Of a stretch of DNA of 64,000 nucleotides, positions 29,324 through 39,491 are shown piece by piece. The stretch's first letter is position 1; the number at the start of each line of letters is the position of its first letter. The DNA is taken from positions 32,001 to 96,000 of the forward strand of contig CAKJXZ020000030.1 of the NCBI GenBank assembly GCA_918234285.1, in the 5' to 3' direction. Position numbers and translations under genes: made by a program. The notes under the pieces are model-generated. The model made no database searches, was not told the DNA's origin, and worked only from the letters and a program-made list of their open reading frames with translations. The DNA is from Pseudomonadota bacterium. GTDB lineage: Bacteria > Pseudomonadota > Alphaproteobacteria > RF32 > CAG-239.

Positions 29324-31465
29324 ATGCTGCGGCAATATGAACTGGTGGATTTGGTAAAGTCTTACGATCCGTACGCGGACGAAGATGCGCTTAATCGCGC
29401 CTACGTTTTTGCCTTAAAAAAACACGGCTCGCAATTGCGTACTTCCGGCGACCCTTATTATTCGCACCCGATTGAAGTTGCCGGTATTCTGACTAAATAT
29501 AAACTGGATTCGGCTTCCATTATTGCCGCCCTTTTGCACGACACGGTAGAAGATACCGACACCACTCTCGACGAAATCAAAGAACTGTTCGGAGACCAAG
29601 TGGCTCAACTGGTTGACGGTCTGACCAAACTCGCCATGCTTGAACATAAATCCGGCTCCAGCAAACAGGCGGAAAACTTCCGCAAACTGCTACTCGCAAT
29701 GTCGGAAGATATCCGTGTGTTACTGATTAAACTGGCCGATCGTCTGCATAATATGCGCACTCTTAAGTTCTGCCCGCCGGAAAAACGTTCTCGTATTGCC
29801 CGCGAAACGCTCGATATTTATGCACCTCTGGCCGAGCGTATCGGTATGGAAGAACTTAAAGAGGAGATGGATGAAATCGCATTCGCCGAGCTCTATAAAG
29901 ATGCTCACGATTCCATCGTTACGCGTCTGAATTTCTTGCGCGAACAAGGCAACGACGTGGTGCCGAAAATCATTAAGCAACTCGAAAAAGATATGGAAGA
30001 CAACGGTGTACACTGCACCATCACCGGTCGCGAAAAAGCGCCGTATTCCATCTGGCGCAAAATGCAGCTGAAAAATGCTTCATTTGAGCAATTATCCGAC
30101 ATTATGGCGTTTCGCATCTGCGTTGATACCGTGGCCGATTGCTATCAGGCGCTCGGCATAATCCATAGCAAATACCACATGGTGCCGCGCCGCTTTAAAG
30201 ACTATATTTCCACCCCGAAACCGAACGGTTATCAATCGTTGCATACCGGCGTTATCGGGCCGTTTGACGTACGAATTGAAGTGCAAATCCGTACCTATGA
30301 AATGCACGAAGTCAACGAAAAAGGTGTGGCCGCCCACTGGGCTTATAAACAGGGACAACACACCGAGGGCAAAAACTTCCGCTGGGTACGCGAATTGTTG
30401 GAAATTCTCGATCAGGCACAAAATCCGGACGAGTTTTTGGAAAACACTAAGCTCGAAATGTATAACGACCAGGTGTTTTGCTTTACGCCGAAAGGTGATT
30501 TAATCGGCTTGCCGGTCGGCTCAACACCGGTCGATTTTGCTTATGCCATTCACTCCAATGTCGGCAACACTTGCGTCGGTGCCAAGATTAACGGCGAAAT
30601 CAAACCGTTGCGCACCATTTTGCAAAACGGTGACCAAGTCGAAGTTTTAACCGCTAAAAACCAGCACCCGTCGTTGGAATGGGATCGTTTCGTGGTTACG
30701 GGTAAAGCCAAAGCCGCCATCCGCCGCTATGTCCGCATCAATAAACGCGAACAATTTATCGCTCTCGGCAAAGAAATCGTCGATAAATTATTTAAGTCGG
30801 AAGACCAGGAATTTTCGGAAAAAGAACTGGTTAAATACCTCTCAAATTTTGAAGCGGAAACAGTTGATGACGTATATGCCAAAGTCGGCGAAGGTTTGGT
30901 TACCGGTTGGGATGTATTGCGAATTATGCACCCGGCGTATCGCCAATCCAAACTGGAAAAAGTTGTCAGTGCGATTAAACTGCCGGTATTTAACAAAAAA
31001 GAAAAGAACAAAAAAGATTCGCTTAAAATCCGCGGACTTATCGACGGTATGGCAGTGCATTTTGCCGGATGTTGCCACCCGCTGCCGGGAGACAGAATCG
31101 TCGGTATCGTAACCACCGGCAAGGGCGTTACCATCCACACCGTAGATTGTCCGTCGCTGCATAATTACGAAAACGAACCGGAACGCTGGCTCGATGTTGA
31201 TTGGGGTCCTGATGCCGAACAGGAAAAGCACGTAGCCCGTCTGAAGTTAATGCTCAGCAACGAACCGGGAGCTCTGGCCGAAGTGGCGAATATCGTAGCC
31301 AAGGCCGAAGCCAATATTATCAACTTGAATATTACATATCGCACATTAAGTTATTTTGAAATACTGCTCGATATTGAAATTAAAAACGTTGAGCAGCTCA
31401 ACAGCTTAATCTTAAGTATGCGTGCCGAAAAGCTCATCAGCTATGTCGCCCGCGCCAACAAATAG
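29324..31465 (+). CDS. spoT: Bifunctional (p)ppGpp synthetase/hydrolase
   Basis: HD LHDTVEDT, KPNGYQSLHT, TGS and ACT domains. Confidence 0.96.
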   Translation: MLRQYELVDLVKSYDPYADEDALNRAYVFALKKHGSQLRTSGDPYYSHPIEVAGILTKYKLDSASIIAALLHDTVEDTDTTLDEIKELFGDQVAQLVDGLTKLAMLEHKSGSSKQAENFRKLLLAMSEDIRVLLIKLADRLHNMRTLKFCPPEKRSRIARETLDIYAPLAERIGMEELKEEMDEIAFAELYKDAHDSIVTRLNFLREQGNDVVPKIIKQLEKDMEDNGVHCTITGREKAPYSIWRKMQLKNASFEQLSDIMAFRICVDTVADCYQALGIIHSKYHMVPRRFKDYISTPKPNGYQSLHTGVIGPFDVRIEVQIRTYEMHEVNEKGVAAHWAYKQGQHTEGKNFRWVRELLEILDQAQNPDEFLENTKLEMYNDQVFCFTPKGDLIGLPVGSTPVDFAYAIHSNVGNTCVGAKINGEIKPLRTILQNGDQVEVLTAKNQHPSLEWDRFVVTGKAKAAIRRYVRINKREQFIALGKEIVDKLFKSEDQEFSEKELVKYLSNFEAETVDDVYAKVGEGLVTGWDVLRIMHPAYRQSKLEKVVSAIKLPVFNKKEKNKKDSLKIRGLIDGMAVHFAGCCHPLPGDRIVGIVTTGKGVTIHTVDCPSLHNYENEPERWLDVDWGPDAEQEKHVARLKLMLSNEPGALAEVANIVAKAEANIINLNITYRTLSYFEILLDIEIKNVEQLNSLILSMRAEKLISYVARANK

Positions 31466-31476
31466 AGAGGTTATGT

Positions 31477-32004
31477 ATGGAAAGCGTTAAAAGTTACTTT
31501 AACCGGTTGTTCAAAAAAATATTAATCCAGCTGAAAAGACTGCAGGGTACTCCTTATTCTATTGCCGCCGGATTTGCTTGCGGCGTGGCCATATCTTTTA
31601 CGCCGTTCATCGGTTTCCACCTGATTCTGGCAGCAATCACTGCCTGGATTATCCGCGGCAACGTCGTATCTTCCGCCATCGGCACCCTCATCGGCAACCC
31701 GTGGACTTTCCCGTTTATTTGGATTGCCGTACTTTCTACCGGACGATTTTTTTTGGGTGATATCGCACCTGCTGACCATGTTAATTTCATCAGAATTTTT
31801 GAATCGGCGGGTCGTGCCCTGCTAACCTTGAATTTCAGCCACTTCGGACGCGATGTCTGGCCGATTTTCTTTCCGATGTTGATAGGTTGCATACCATATT
31901 ACATAATATCGTGGTTTGTTTCGTTTAAGGTTATAAAAGTAACCCTGGATAAAATCGCGCAAAGACGTGCACAACGCAGAGCAAAACAAGGAGAAGCAAA
32001 ATGA
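31477..32004 (+). CDS. DUF2062 membrane protein
   Basis: TPYSIAAGFACG, GNPWTFPFI; follows spoT. Confidence 0.88.
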   Translation: MESVKSYFNRLFKKILIQLKRLQGTPYSIAAGFACGVAISFTPFIGFHLILAAITAWIIRGNVVSSAIGTLIGNPWTFPFIWIAVLSTGRFFLGDIAPADHVNFIRIFESAGRALLTLNFSHFGRDVWPIFFPMLIGCIPYYIISWFVSFKVIKVTLDKIAQRRAQRRAKQGEAK

Positions 32005-32393
32005 TTGTAGGATTGGGAAACGATATCGTAAATATTGAACGTTTACAAAATTCCGACGATTATCTGCAACACTTTGCCGCCCGCATTTTAGGCAGCGACG
32101 AACAGGCAGAGATTAAAAAGAACGGCATGGCTAAAGACCCGCGCTTCCGCGAGTTGCTGGCAAAATATTATGCCGGCAAGGAGGCTTTTGCCAAAGCACT
32201 CGGCACCGGTTTTCGCGACGGTATTTTCTTCCGCGATATCCAGATTTTACACAACGAATTGGGCAAACCAATGCTCAAAATCAGCGGCACCGCTAATAAG
32301 TATTTGCAAAAATTAACCGCCAATCCACGTCTGCATATAACCTTAAGCGACGATATGCCGTTTGCCTTTGCCGTGGTGATTATCGAAGGATAA
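32001..32393 (+). CDS. acpS: Holo-ACP synthase
   Basis: GLGNDIV, KEAFAKALGTG, LGKP. Confidence 0.93.
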   Translation: MIVGLGNDIVNIERLQNSDDYLQHFAARILGSDEQAEIKKNGMAKDPRFRELLAKYYAGKEAFAKALGTGFRDGIFFRDIQILHNELGKPMLKISGTANKYLQKLTANPRLHITLSDDMPFAFAVVIIEG

Positions 32394-32489
32394 ACCCCGC
32401 ACAGCTTCACTAAAAATCCGCAGAATGTAGTAAGTACGCAATAAGCGCTGGCGCAGTGTACAAGATAGTACTCCCTTAAAAATCCGTAG

Positions 32490-32714
32490 AATGAGTCAGA
32501 TGAGTAGTACTTTTTTGACGACGTGTACACAAATAGTACACAAATAATCCGGCACTGCCTCGCCAAAACTCGGATAATGAGTCAGATGCGCCGTGCCTTT
32601 TTTGACGACGTGTACAAAAGAAGTACACAAATAATCCGGCACTGCCTCGCCAAAACTCGGATAATGAGTCAGATGCGCCGTGCTTTTTTGACGACGTGTA
32701 CACAAATAGTACAC
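32490..32714. repeat. 86/87-bp tandem repeat (about 2.6 copies, with a degenerate upstream piece from ~32410)
   Basis: AATGAGTCAGATG...TTTTTTGACGACGTGTAC...GTACAC units start at 32490, 32576 and 32663. Confidence 0.92.
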
Positions 32715-32757
32715 GAGGAAAAAAAGCACAAGCAGCTGACCATTAGACGAGTTTTAA

Positions 32758-33351
32758 TTATATTTCTTTGCGGGCGGACAAGGCAAGCTGTATAGTCCCA
32801 TCATCCATATAATCCAGCTCCCCGCCCAGAGGAAGCCCTTGGGCAAGTGTGGTAACTTTTACCGGATATTCTTTTAAGCGGGAGAGAAGGTAGTGATTGG
32901 TTATTTGGCCGTCAATGGTGGCCGGTAAGGCCAGAATAACCTCTTGAATGCGGCTGCCGTTCAGACGCAAAAACAGAGATTCAATATTCAAATCCTCGGG
33001 GGTAATACCATCCAAAGCCGAGAGAATACCGCCCAAAACATGGTATTGACCGCGATATATACCTGCACGCTCCATCGCCCATAAATCAGCCACATCCTGC
33101 ACCACACAAATTGTTTCGACATCGCGCCCCGCATCGGCACAAATCGAACACGGCTCCTCGGTGTCAAAATTCCCGCAAATCGGACATTTTTTAATGTTGT
33201 CGGCCACATTTTGCAAAGCGGTAATCAGCGGCAGCAAAGACGTGTCTTTCTTTTTGAGTAAATGCAGAACAATGCGCCGTGCCGACCTGGCGCCCAATGC
33301 CGGCAATTTAGCTATCAGTTTGGTAAGTTGTTCGATATCGTTGCCTTGCAA
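32758..33351 (-). CDS. recR: Recombination protein RecR
   Basis: HhH, C4 Zn finger, YHVLGG, Toprim, GGELDYMD. Confidence 0.96.
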   Translation of the reverse strand: MQGNDIEQLTKLIAKLPALGARSARRIVLHLLKKKDTSLLPLITALQNVADNIKKCPICGNFDTEEPCSICADAGRDVETICVVQDVADLWAMERAGIYRGQYHVLGGILSALDGITPEDLNIESLFLRLNGSRIQEVILALPATIDGQITNHYLLSRLKEYPVKVTTLAQGLPLGGELDYMDDGTIQLALSARKEI

Positions 33352-33361
33352 TTTTCAATAC

Positions 33362-33682
33362 CTAAAAAGGAAGTTTCAAACCGCCCAGACCGACACCGTT
33401 AGTGGCCTCTTTCATGCCTTCGCTCATCATTTCATCGACTTTTTGGTGTGCATCGTTATACGCCGCCAAAATAAGATCTTCCAAAACATCAACTTCTTCG
33501 GCATTAATCAATGACTTGTCAATGTTCAAACTCTTCATTTCCGATTTACCGTTCAGCACAACCTTTACCAAACCGCCGCCGGAAGTGCCTTCACGCTCTT
33601 CCTGACCGAGTTTGGCCTGTGTTTCCTGCATTTTGCGTTGCATTTGCTGTGCTTGTTTCATAATTCCCTGAATATTCAACAT
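33362..33682 (-). CDS. ybaB: YbaB/EbfC nucleoid-associated protein
   Basis: MKQAQQMQ, GTSGGGLV, LEDLILAA. Confidence 0.95.
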   Translation of the reverse strand: MLNIQGIMKQAQQMQRKMQETQAKLGQEEREGTSGGGLVKVVLNGKSEMKSLNIDKSLINAEEVDVLEDLILAAYNDAHQKVDEMMSEGMKEATNGVGLGGLKLPF

Positions 33683-33685
33683 TTT

Positions 33686-35359
33686 TTAATCCTCATAATT
33701 TTCCGTTATTGTTTCTTCCGCCACAAGTTCTGTCGGCTCCTCATCTTCTGCTTCCTCGGCTTGTCTGCGAATAATTGTTTCTATTTTAGCACCCGAAAAC
33801 TCATCAAGTATAGCCTTTACCAAAGGATATTCAGAGATATTTTTCTTATCTCGATTTAACTCCTTTGCTTCTAAAAAAGCTAATGTTTCTCCGAGCGGCT
33901 CATAATCTATATCGATTTTCCACGGCGCACCCGTTTCTTTTTCCAAAAACGTACGGAAATTGAACACCAGATTTTTATCGGCTTTTTCCGAAACGGCAAT
34001 ATGGATATGCCCGTGCTCAAACGATTTGAAAGATACATCGTTTTTAATAGCATACATTAACATCGGTACTTTTTTGGCCGTCATAAGCGTTAATAAATCT
34101 GCGGTATTTTCCAACACAATACCGCCGGCTTCCGTATCTCCGAAAGTTGTTTCATTGCCGACCGCACCGCCGTTTGCGCTATTTTTCAGTTTTGATTTTT
34201 TTTTTAATTCCTCAAGCAAGGCTGCCGGAGTAGGAAGCGAGGCCGAATAGGCAATCCGTATCAATATCATCTCCAGCGCGTCAATCTGCACCGCGGCATA
34301 TTGCAACTCGCTCAATCCCTTAATCAGCATCTGCCATATTTTGGAGAGTATAGCTATAGGCGCCGAGCTCAGTTTTTTACACATTTCACGGTCGGTTTCG
34401 CTCAAAGAAGCATCGTTGATAAACTCCGGCAAAACCTTAACTTTGGCAATTAAATGCGTAATCTCGATTAAATCCTGCAACACCAGCATCGGTGTCGCAC
34501 CGTTGGTATATAAGGTCTGCAGAGTTTGCAACACACCAGCCACATCACCGGCCAACAACTTCTCATAAAGCTCGCCGCTCTGCTGTCTGTCGGCCAAACC
34601 CAACATATTTTTCACCGTCTCGGCTAGAACTTTACCGTCACCCAACACAATTGCCTGATCCAACATGGAAAGTCCGTCACGTGCCGAACCATCGGCCGCC
34701 CGAGCCACTGTATGCAAAGCTTCTTCTTCAAATTCAACTTTTTCCGCCGTTAAAACTTTGCGAAAAAGCGTAACCAATGTTTCTATACTCAAACGTTGCA
34801 AATCAAAACGTTGACAGCGCGACAAAATAGTGACCGGAACTTTGCGAATTTCGGTGGTAGCAAAAATAAACTTAACATGCGCCGGCGGTTCTTCCAACGT
34901 CTTCAACAGCGCGTTGAACGCACTTTTGGAGAGCATGTGCACCTCGTCGATTATATAAACTTTATAACGGGCACTCACCGGCTTATAGCGTATGCCGTCC
35001 AAAATCTCACGCATATCGTCAACACCGGTTTTGGAGGCAGCATCCAATTCAATAACGTCAATATGTCTGTCGGCCGCAATGGCTTTGCAATTTTCGCATT
35101 CGCCGCACGGATGAATGGTAGGCCCGCCGTTGCCGTCCGGACCGATACAGTTTATTGCCCGGGCGATTAAGCGCGCGGTAGTGGTTTTGCCGACACCGCG
35201 GATACCGGTTAAGATATACGCATGATGCAAATGATTGTTTTTAATGGCGTTGGTTAAAGTCTGCACCAAAGCATCTTGCCCGAGCAAATCTTCAAAATTT
35301 TGCGGACGATATTTGCGTGCCAAAGCAACATACTGATTATTTTCGTTTAACTCTGCCAT
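33686..35359 (-). CDS. dnaX: DNA polymerase III gamma/tau
   Basis: ARKYRP, GIRGVGKTT, DEVHMLS, SRC. Confidence 0.97.
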   Translation of the reverse strand: MAELNENNQYVALARKYRPQNFEDLLGQDALVQTLTNAIKNNHLHHAYILTGIRGVGKTTTARLIARAINCIGPDGNGGPTIHPCGECENCKAIAADRHIDVIELDAASKTGVDDMREILDGIRYKPVSARYKVYIIDEVHMLSKSAFNALLKTLEEPPAHVKFIFATTEIRKVPVTILSRCQRFDLQRLSIETLVTLFRKVLTAEKVEFEEEALHTVARAADGSARDGLSMLDQAIVLGDGKVLAETVKNMLGLADRQQSGELYEKLLAGDVAGVLQTLQTLYTNGATPMLVLQDLIEITHLIAKVKVLPEFINDASLSETDREMCKKLSSAPIAILSKIWQMLIKGLSELQYAAVQIDALEMILIRIAYSASLPTPAALLEELKKKSKLKNSANGGAVGNETTFGDTEAGGIVLENTADLLTLMTAKKVPMLMYAIKNDVSFKSFEHGHIHIAVSEKADKNLVFNFRTFLEKETGAPWKIDIDYEPLGETLAFLEAKELNRDKKNISEYPLVKAILDEFSGAKIETIIRRQAEEAEDEEPTELVAEETITENYED

Positions 35360-35381
35360 TTTTCTTTCTTTGATTGAAGGC

Positions 35382-35467
35382 GAAGGGACTCAGACCTCAC
35401 GCTCATCGTTACGGCTGCTTCCTTCCGAACCTGACCGAGTTGGCGAAAGCGTAACCCCGAGCCCTTC
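35382..35467 (-). ncRNA. ffs: Small SRP RNA (4.5S)
   Basis: CAGGTTCGGAAGGAAGCAGC domain IV; terminal GAAGGG/CCCTTC stem; upstream of dnaX. Confidence 0.93.
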
Positions 35468-35548
35468 ATAAAACTCCTTTATATAATGCTTTAAACCGGC
35501 GTTTTTGCAAGCAAAAAAATTCACTTATCAGCCGAACCAAAGCACATT

Positions 35549-36805
35549 TTATAACCCGGACGGCGCACTGCCTACTATTCGCGGCATCATAACATAGGCA
35601 CCGTTATCGTAGCTTTCGTATGCCGTCGGATAGCCGTAAAATTGCTGCGGTGCGTATTCGGCCACATATTTACCGCCGGCCGAAACTTTTACCACATCCA
35701 AACCGTGTTCGTTTAAACCGTTGGCAAAAATTCTGAATGCGCCGCTCATACCGTTATACCCTTCCGGACGCTCGATTTGCTCGTATAAATTGCCGCCCTG
35801 ACGCGCCAACATCGAAGCCAGAGCCACCGCATCATAAGCAAAAATGCTCAATCCGCTCGGACGTTCGCCGAACAAATCATTATATTTTTGCGCAAATTTC
35901 GATTGATTTTTCAATGACATAACCGGATATGCCGCACCGTAAAGCTCTGTTTCTTTATTAAGCGAGCTGCTGTCCCAAACTGAAGTACCCATAAACAGAA
36001 CATCCGGGGCCGATACGTCATAATAACTGAACATCGAAGAAATCGCCTTCAAGCGATTACCGGTTTCCGGAATCAGCAACGCGTCAAAATCAACTCCGCC
36101 GCTTTTCATTTGCGTAACCAGGCTCGTAAATTCCATACTGTTCGGTTCATAAAACCCGACCTTTACCACACTTACGCCCTGTTTCTGCGCCGCTTTCACC
36201 AGCGAGCGATACATATTTGCCCCATTTTGATTATTCGGGAACACCGCAGCCATTCTGGACCTACCGTTATCAGCCGCGTATTTTACGATTCGGCTGACTT
36301 GATTATCCTGCAACAAACCAATGGAATAAATCCCTTCTTGCAACACGTTCGGCGAGGTAGAAAAGCTGATAACCGGCACATCTTTGGATTTGGCTTCGGC
36401 GCTTATCGCCGCTACTTCGTCACTTCTCAACGGGCCTAAAATCAGCTCGCTGTCGGCATTAAGCGCATTTTCAAGGGCAATTCGCGCCCCGCTGCCGGTA
36501 CCTTTGGTATCATAAAACTGCACCACCAGATTATTATTATTAATGTCGCCGATAGCCATCATTGCCGCATTTTTAAGACTCTTACCCATAGCCTCATCGG
36601 CGCCGCTCAAAGGCAACAACATCGCCACGCGGAAACTTCCTTCTCCGCCCAAATCAACTTGCGAATAATCTGTTGTTTCGACAATATCCATCGATTTTTG
36701 GTCCGGCAAATAGCGGTACGACGGCCGATAAAACGGCGTACGCTGCCACAGTGAGCAACTGCATACCAAAAATGCCGTAAAAAACAGACTAATTTTTTTA
36801 AACAC
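35549..36805 (-). CDS. Penicillin-binding protein activator (LpoA/LppC-like) lipoprotein
   Basis: Lipobox VCSC, VAMLLPLSG, ILGPL, AYDAVAL; divergent from rsmI. Confidence 0.85.
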   Translation of the reverse strand: MFKKISLFFTAFLVCSCSLWQRTPFYRPSYRYLPDQKSMDIVETTDYSQVDLGGEGSFRVAMLLPLSGADEAMGKSLKNAAMMAIGDINNNNLVVQFYDTKGTGSGARIALENALNADSELILGPLRSDEVAAISAEAKSKDVPVISFSTSPNVLQEGIYSIGLLQDNQVSRIVKYAADNGRSRMAAVFPNNQNGANMYRSLVKAAQKQGVSVVKVGFYEPNSMEFTSLVTQMKSGGVDFDALLIPETGNRLKAISSMFSYYDVSAPDVLFMGTSVWDSSSLNKETELYGAAYPVMSLKNQSKFAQKYNDLFGERPSGLSIFAYDAVALASMLARQGGNLYEQIERPEGYNGMSGAFRIFANGLNEHGLDVVKVSAGGKYVAEYAPQQFYGYPTAYESYDNGAYVMMPRIVGSAPSGL

Positions 36806-36885
36806 TTGCTTTTTTCCTCAAAATATCAAACAATACATATCTAATAATTCCAAATAATCTTTTTGTAAAGTCAAAGTTTAATAAA

Positions 36886-37719
36886 ATGTTAAGAAACGGA
36901 TTATATATCATCGCCACCCCCATCGGCAACCTCAAAGATATTTCGCCGCGCGCCGCGGAAATATTAAGCGAGGCCGATATTATCGCCTGTGAAGACACCC
37001 GTGTTTCCAAAAAACTTTTTTCGCTTTTGGGGATACCGCTCAACAAAAAATTCATCAAATACGAAGACCACACGGAGGCCATGCAAGCGCAGAATCTGAT
37101 TGACGCCATCAACGAAGGTGCGGCGATTGCGCTGATTTCCGATGCCGGTTCGCCGCTGATTTCCGACCCCGGCTATAAACTGGTACGCAAATGCCGCGAA
37201 CAAGATGTATATGTTACGGCCGTACCGGGAGCCTGTGCCGTAATCACGGCCTTGCAGCTTTCCGGACTGCCGACCAACCGTTTTATGTTTGCCGGTTTTA
37301 TCCCCAACAAAGACAAGGCTCGTGCCGATTTGTTCAACGAACTGAAAAACATTGATACGACTTTGGTGTTTTATGAAACCGCACCGCGACTTTTGAAAAC
37401 TTTGGAACAAGTCGCGCTGATTTTTGCCGGCCGCGAAATTTCGGTGGCGCGCGAACTGACCAAAATGTATGAAGAAGTTGTCGGCGGCGATATTGCCAAA
37501 GTAAGCGAATATTTTACGAATAACGAGCCGCGCGGCGAATTTGTGCTGATGGTAGCACCGCCGCCGGCCGTTGAACATACCGCGATTGACATCCGGCCGC
37601 TATTACAAAAACGCCTCCAAGAAACTTCGCTCAAAACCGCCGTTAAAGAAATCTGCGCACAGTACGGACTCAATAAAAACGAAGTCTACGCGCTGGCTTT
37701 GGAGCTCAAAGATGAATAA
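36886..37719 (+). CDS. rsmI: 16S rRNA C1402 2'-O-methyltransferase
   Basis: ATPIGNLKDI, CEDTR, SDAGSPLISDPG, RELTK. Confidence 0.96.
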   Translation: MLRNGLYIIATPIGNLKDISPRAAEILSEADIIACEDTRVSKKLFSLLGIPLNKKFIKYEDHTEAMQAQNLIDAINEGAAIALISDAGSPLISDPGYKLVRKCREQDVYVTAVPGACAVITALQLSGLPTNRFMFAGFIPNKDKARADLFNELKNIDTTLVFYETAPRLLKTLEQVALIFAGREISVARELTKMYEEVVGGDIAKVSEYFTNNEPRGEFVLMVAPPPAVEHTAIDIRPLLQKRLQETSLKTAVKEICAQYGLNKNEVYALALELKDE

Positions 37720-38068
37720 CTACCTCCGCGGGAAATATGCCGAGTTCCTGGCACGTTGCTATATGCGCCTGCACGGCTTTTCCGTTGTGGCAAAAAATTA
37801 TGTATCGGGACGCGGCACCACCGCCGGCGAAATAGATTTTATCGCCAAACGCGGCAAATTAATCGTTTTTGCCGAGGTCAAACAACGCTCAAGTTTAGAC
37901 AATGCCGCCTATGCCATCAGTTCAAAACAGCAACAGCGCCTGATTCGCGGCGCCAAAAATTTTATCAAAAATCATCCGCAATACAACGGCTGCGATTTGC
38001 GATTCGATGCAATATTGGTGGCACTTCCGCTCTCGATTCGCCATATTGAAAATGCCTGGTGCGAATAA
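37712..38068 (+). CDS. yraN: YraN (UPF0102) nuclease-like protein
   Basis: GEIDFIA, FAEVK, RFD; overlaps the rsmI stop. Confidence 0.92.
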   Translation: MNNYLRGKYAEFLARCYMRLHGFSVVAKNYVSGRGTTAGEIDFIAKRGKLIVFAEVKQRSSLDNAAYAISSKQQQRLIRGAKNFIKNHPQYNGCDLRFDAILVALPLSIRHIENAWCE

Positions 38069-38156
38069 ATCGTTATAAAATGCATATTTTTACTTGCAAT
38101 CCGTGCTCTGCCGTGGTATTCGTAAAAGTGTGGATTTATTTTTTGGGAGCAGAAAA

Positions 38157-38498
38157 ATGATTGAAATGCCGCAAAATCTGGTTGAAATGGCGCTCAAAAC
38201 CATGGGCGACCGTTGGAAAGTTATGATTATACAAGAACTGATGGACGGCACCAAACGCTTTGGCGAAATCAAAAAAGAGCTTGGCGATATTACGCAAAAG
38301 GTCCTTACTGCTAACCTGCGCGCGCTGGAAGAAAAGGGCATCCTGATTCGTACGGTGTACGCGCAAATTCCGCCAAAAGTCGAATATACGCTGACCAATC
38401 TGGGCTATAACTTGAAGCCGGTTCTCGATTCGATGCGTCAATGGGCGGAAGAATACTATAATCAAAACGTTAAAAACCTGATGCCTAATTTGGCTTAA
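38157..38498 (+). CDS. HxlR-family winged-helix regulator
   Basis: GDRWK, RFGEI, ITQKVLT, PPKVEYTLT. Confidence 0.92.
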   Translation: MIEMPQNLVEMALKTMGDRWKVMIIQELMDGTKRFGEIKKELGDITQKVLTANLRALEEKGILIRTVYAQIPPKVEYTLTNLGYNLKPVLDSMRQWAEEYYNQNVKNLMPNLA

Positions 38499-38522
38499 AA
38501 AAATACAGAATTTAAAATAGCG

Positions 38523-38553
38523 AATCCCGCGCTTTGTTTAGAAGCGCGGGATT
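38523..38553. terminator. Hairpin/terminator between convergent genes
   Basis: AATCCCGCGCTT...AAGCGCGGGATT. Confidence 0.65.
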
Positions 38554-38595
38554 AACTTTGAACCCTCAGACACCGCTGTGTCCTCGGTACACTGA

Positions 38596-39141
38596 TTACA
38601 AATTCACACCCACAATCTTGTTCTCCTCATCAAGAATGATGATGGGAGCCGATGGAGACGGGCTCACGGGAACCTCGTTGGTCAGGGCCACCTCACGATC
38701 TACGGTGTGAGGTTTACGGATGATGCCCTTGGTCTCTCCGTCGACTATTGAATAGCCAACGTGCTGACCTGGCTGAACAGTACCCCAGTCCTGGTTGGAC
38801 GAAGTATAATTCAACCCTGATGCCAATTTCAGTAGCCACTTGCCGTTGGCTGTAGGTTCAACAGAGAGCACCTCGCTAATCACATACTGGCACGCGGACT
38901 TGCGTGCAATAGTGATGGCTGCAGCTTTTTCACCGGTATAGATTACCAGGAAGAAAGCTTGGGGCCGAGCGGAAATCGCCTGATAATCAAACTTGTTGAC
39001 CTTCAGCTTCTGCGCACCGGCAGAAACTTCAAAATCCATTCCGTTCGGGAGAGCCTGTACACTTGTAATCTCATAGAATTTTTGAGCCGAAAGGCTCAAA
39101 GCGCACATAATGGCGCAAATAGAAAGCACGATTCTCTTCAT
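38596..39141 (-). CDS. Orphan secreted protein with atypical codon usage
   Basis: Signal peptide MKRIVLSICAIMCALSLSA|Q; AAG/GAG-biased. Confidence 0.75.
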   Translation of the reverse strand: MKRIVLSICAIMCALSLSAQKFYEITSVQALPNGMDFEVSAGAQKLKVNKFDYQAISARPQAFFLVIYTGEKAAAITIARKSACQYVISEVLSVEPTANGKWLLKLASGLNYTSSNQDWGTVQPGQHVGYSIVDGETKGIIRKPHTVDREVALTNEVPVSPSPSAPIIILDEENKIVGVNL

Positions 39142-39426
39142 ATCTATAACTTTTTTGCGTAACACTTAGCACTATTCCTTATCACACACCGCCACAACGC
39201 ATCTTTCGACTTATATACCGAGCTACTACACCTTTGGACATCTCGTCTTAGGCCGATCGGATACAATTCGTGATTACGTTATTTATGCATGCAACAGACT
39301 AATCTTGCCAGTATATTACTGAGTTCAACAATATTTTCTTTGGAGAAAAAATTGTGGAGGTATGAAGAAATTCTGTTTTCTGCTGACAATAATTCCTATA
39401 ATAACCTCCACAATGCATATTTTTGT
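39142..39426 (-). ncRNA. Candidate structured 5' leader or ncRNA
   Basis: 11-bp helix ATTGTGGAGGT (39351)/ACCTCCACAAT (39404); motif shared with the 15773-15850 leader. Confidence 0.4.
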
Positions 39427-39432
39427 AGAAGT

Positions 39433-39461
39433 ATTGTAACACAAACTTTTGCGGTTTGCAA
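39433..39461 (-). promoter_or_regulatory. Sigma70-type promoter
   Basis: TTGCAA-17 bp-TACAAT with extended TG. Confidence 0.65.
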
Positions 39462-39491
39462 TATCTTTTTTTGTCAACGATGAAAAAATAT

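Noticed and set aside
32490-32714. Possible CRISPR array
   Set aside because: The intervening segments are identical rather than unique spacers, the period is 86-87 bp, and no cas genes are present.
32476-32795. Short ORFs with repeated peptides
   Set aside because: They are by-products of the tandem repeat, open in several frames with no RBS.
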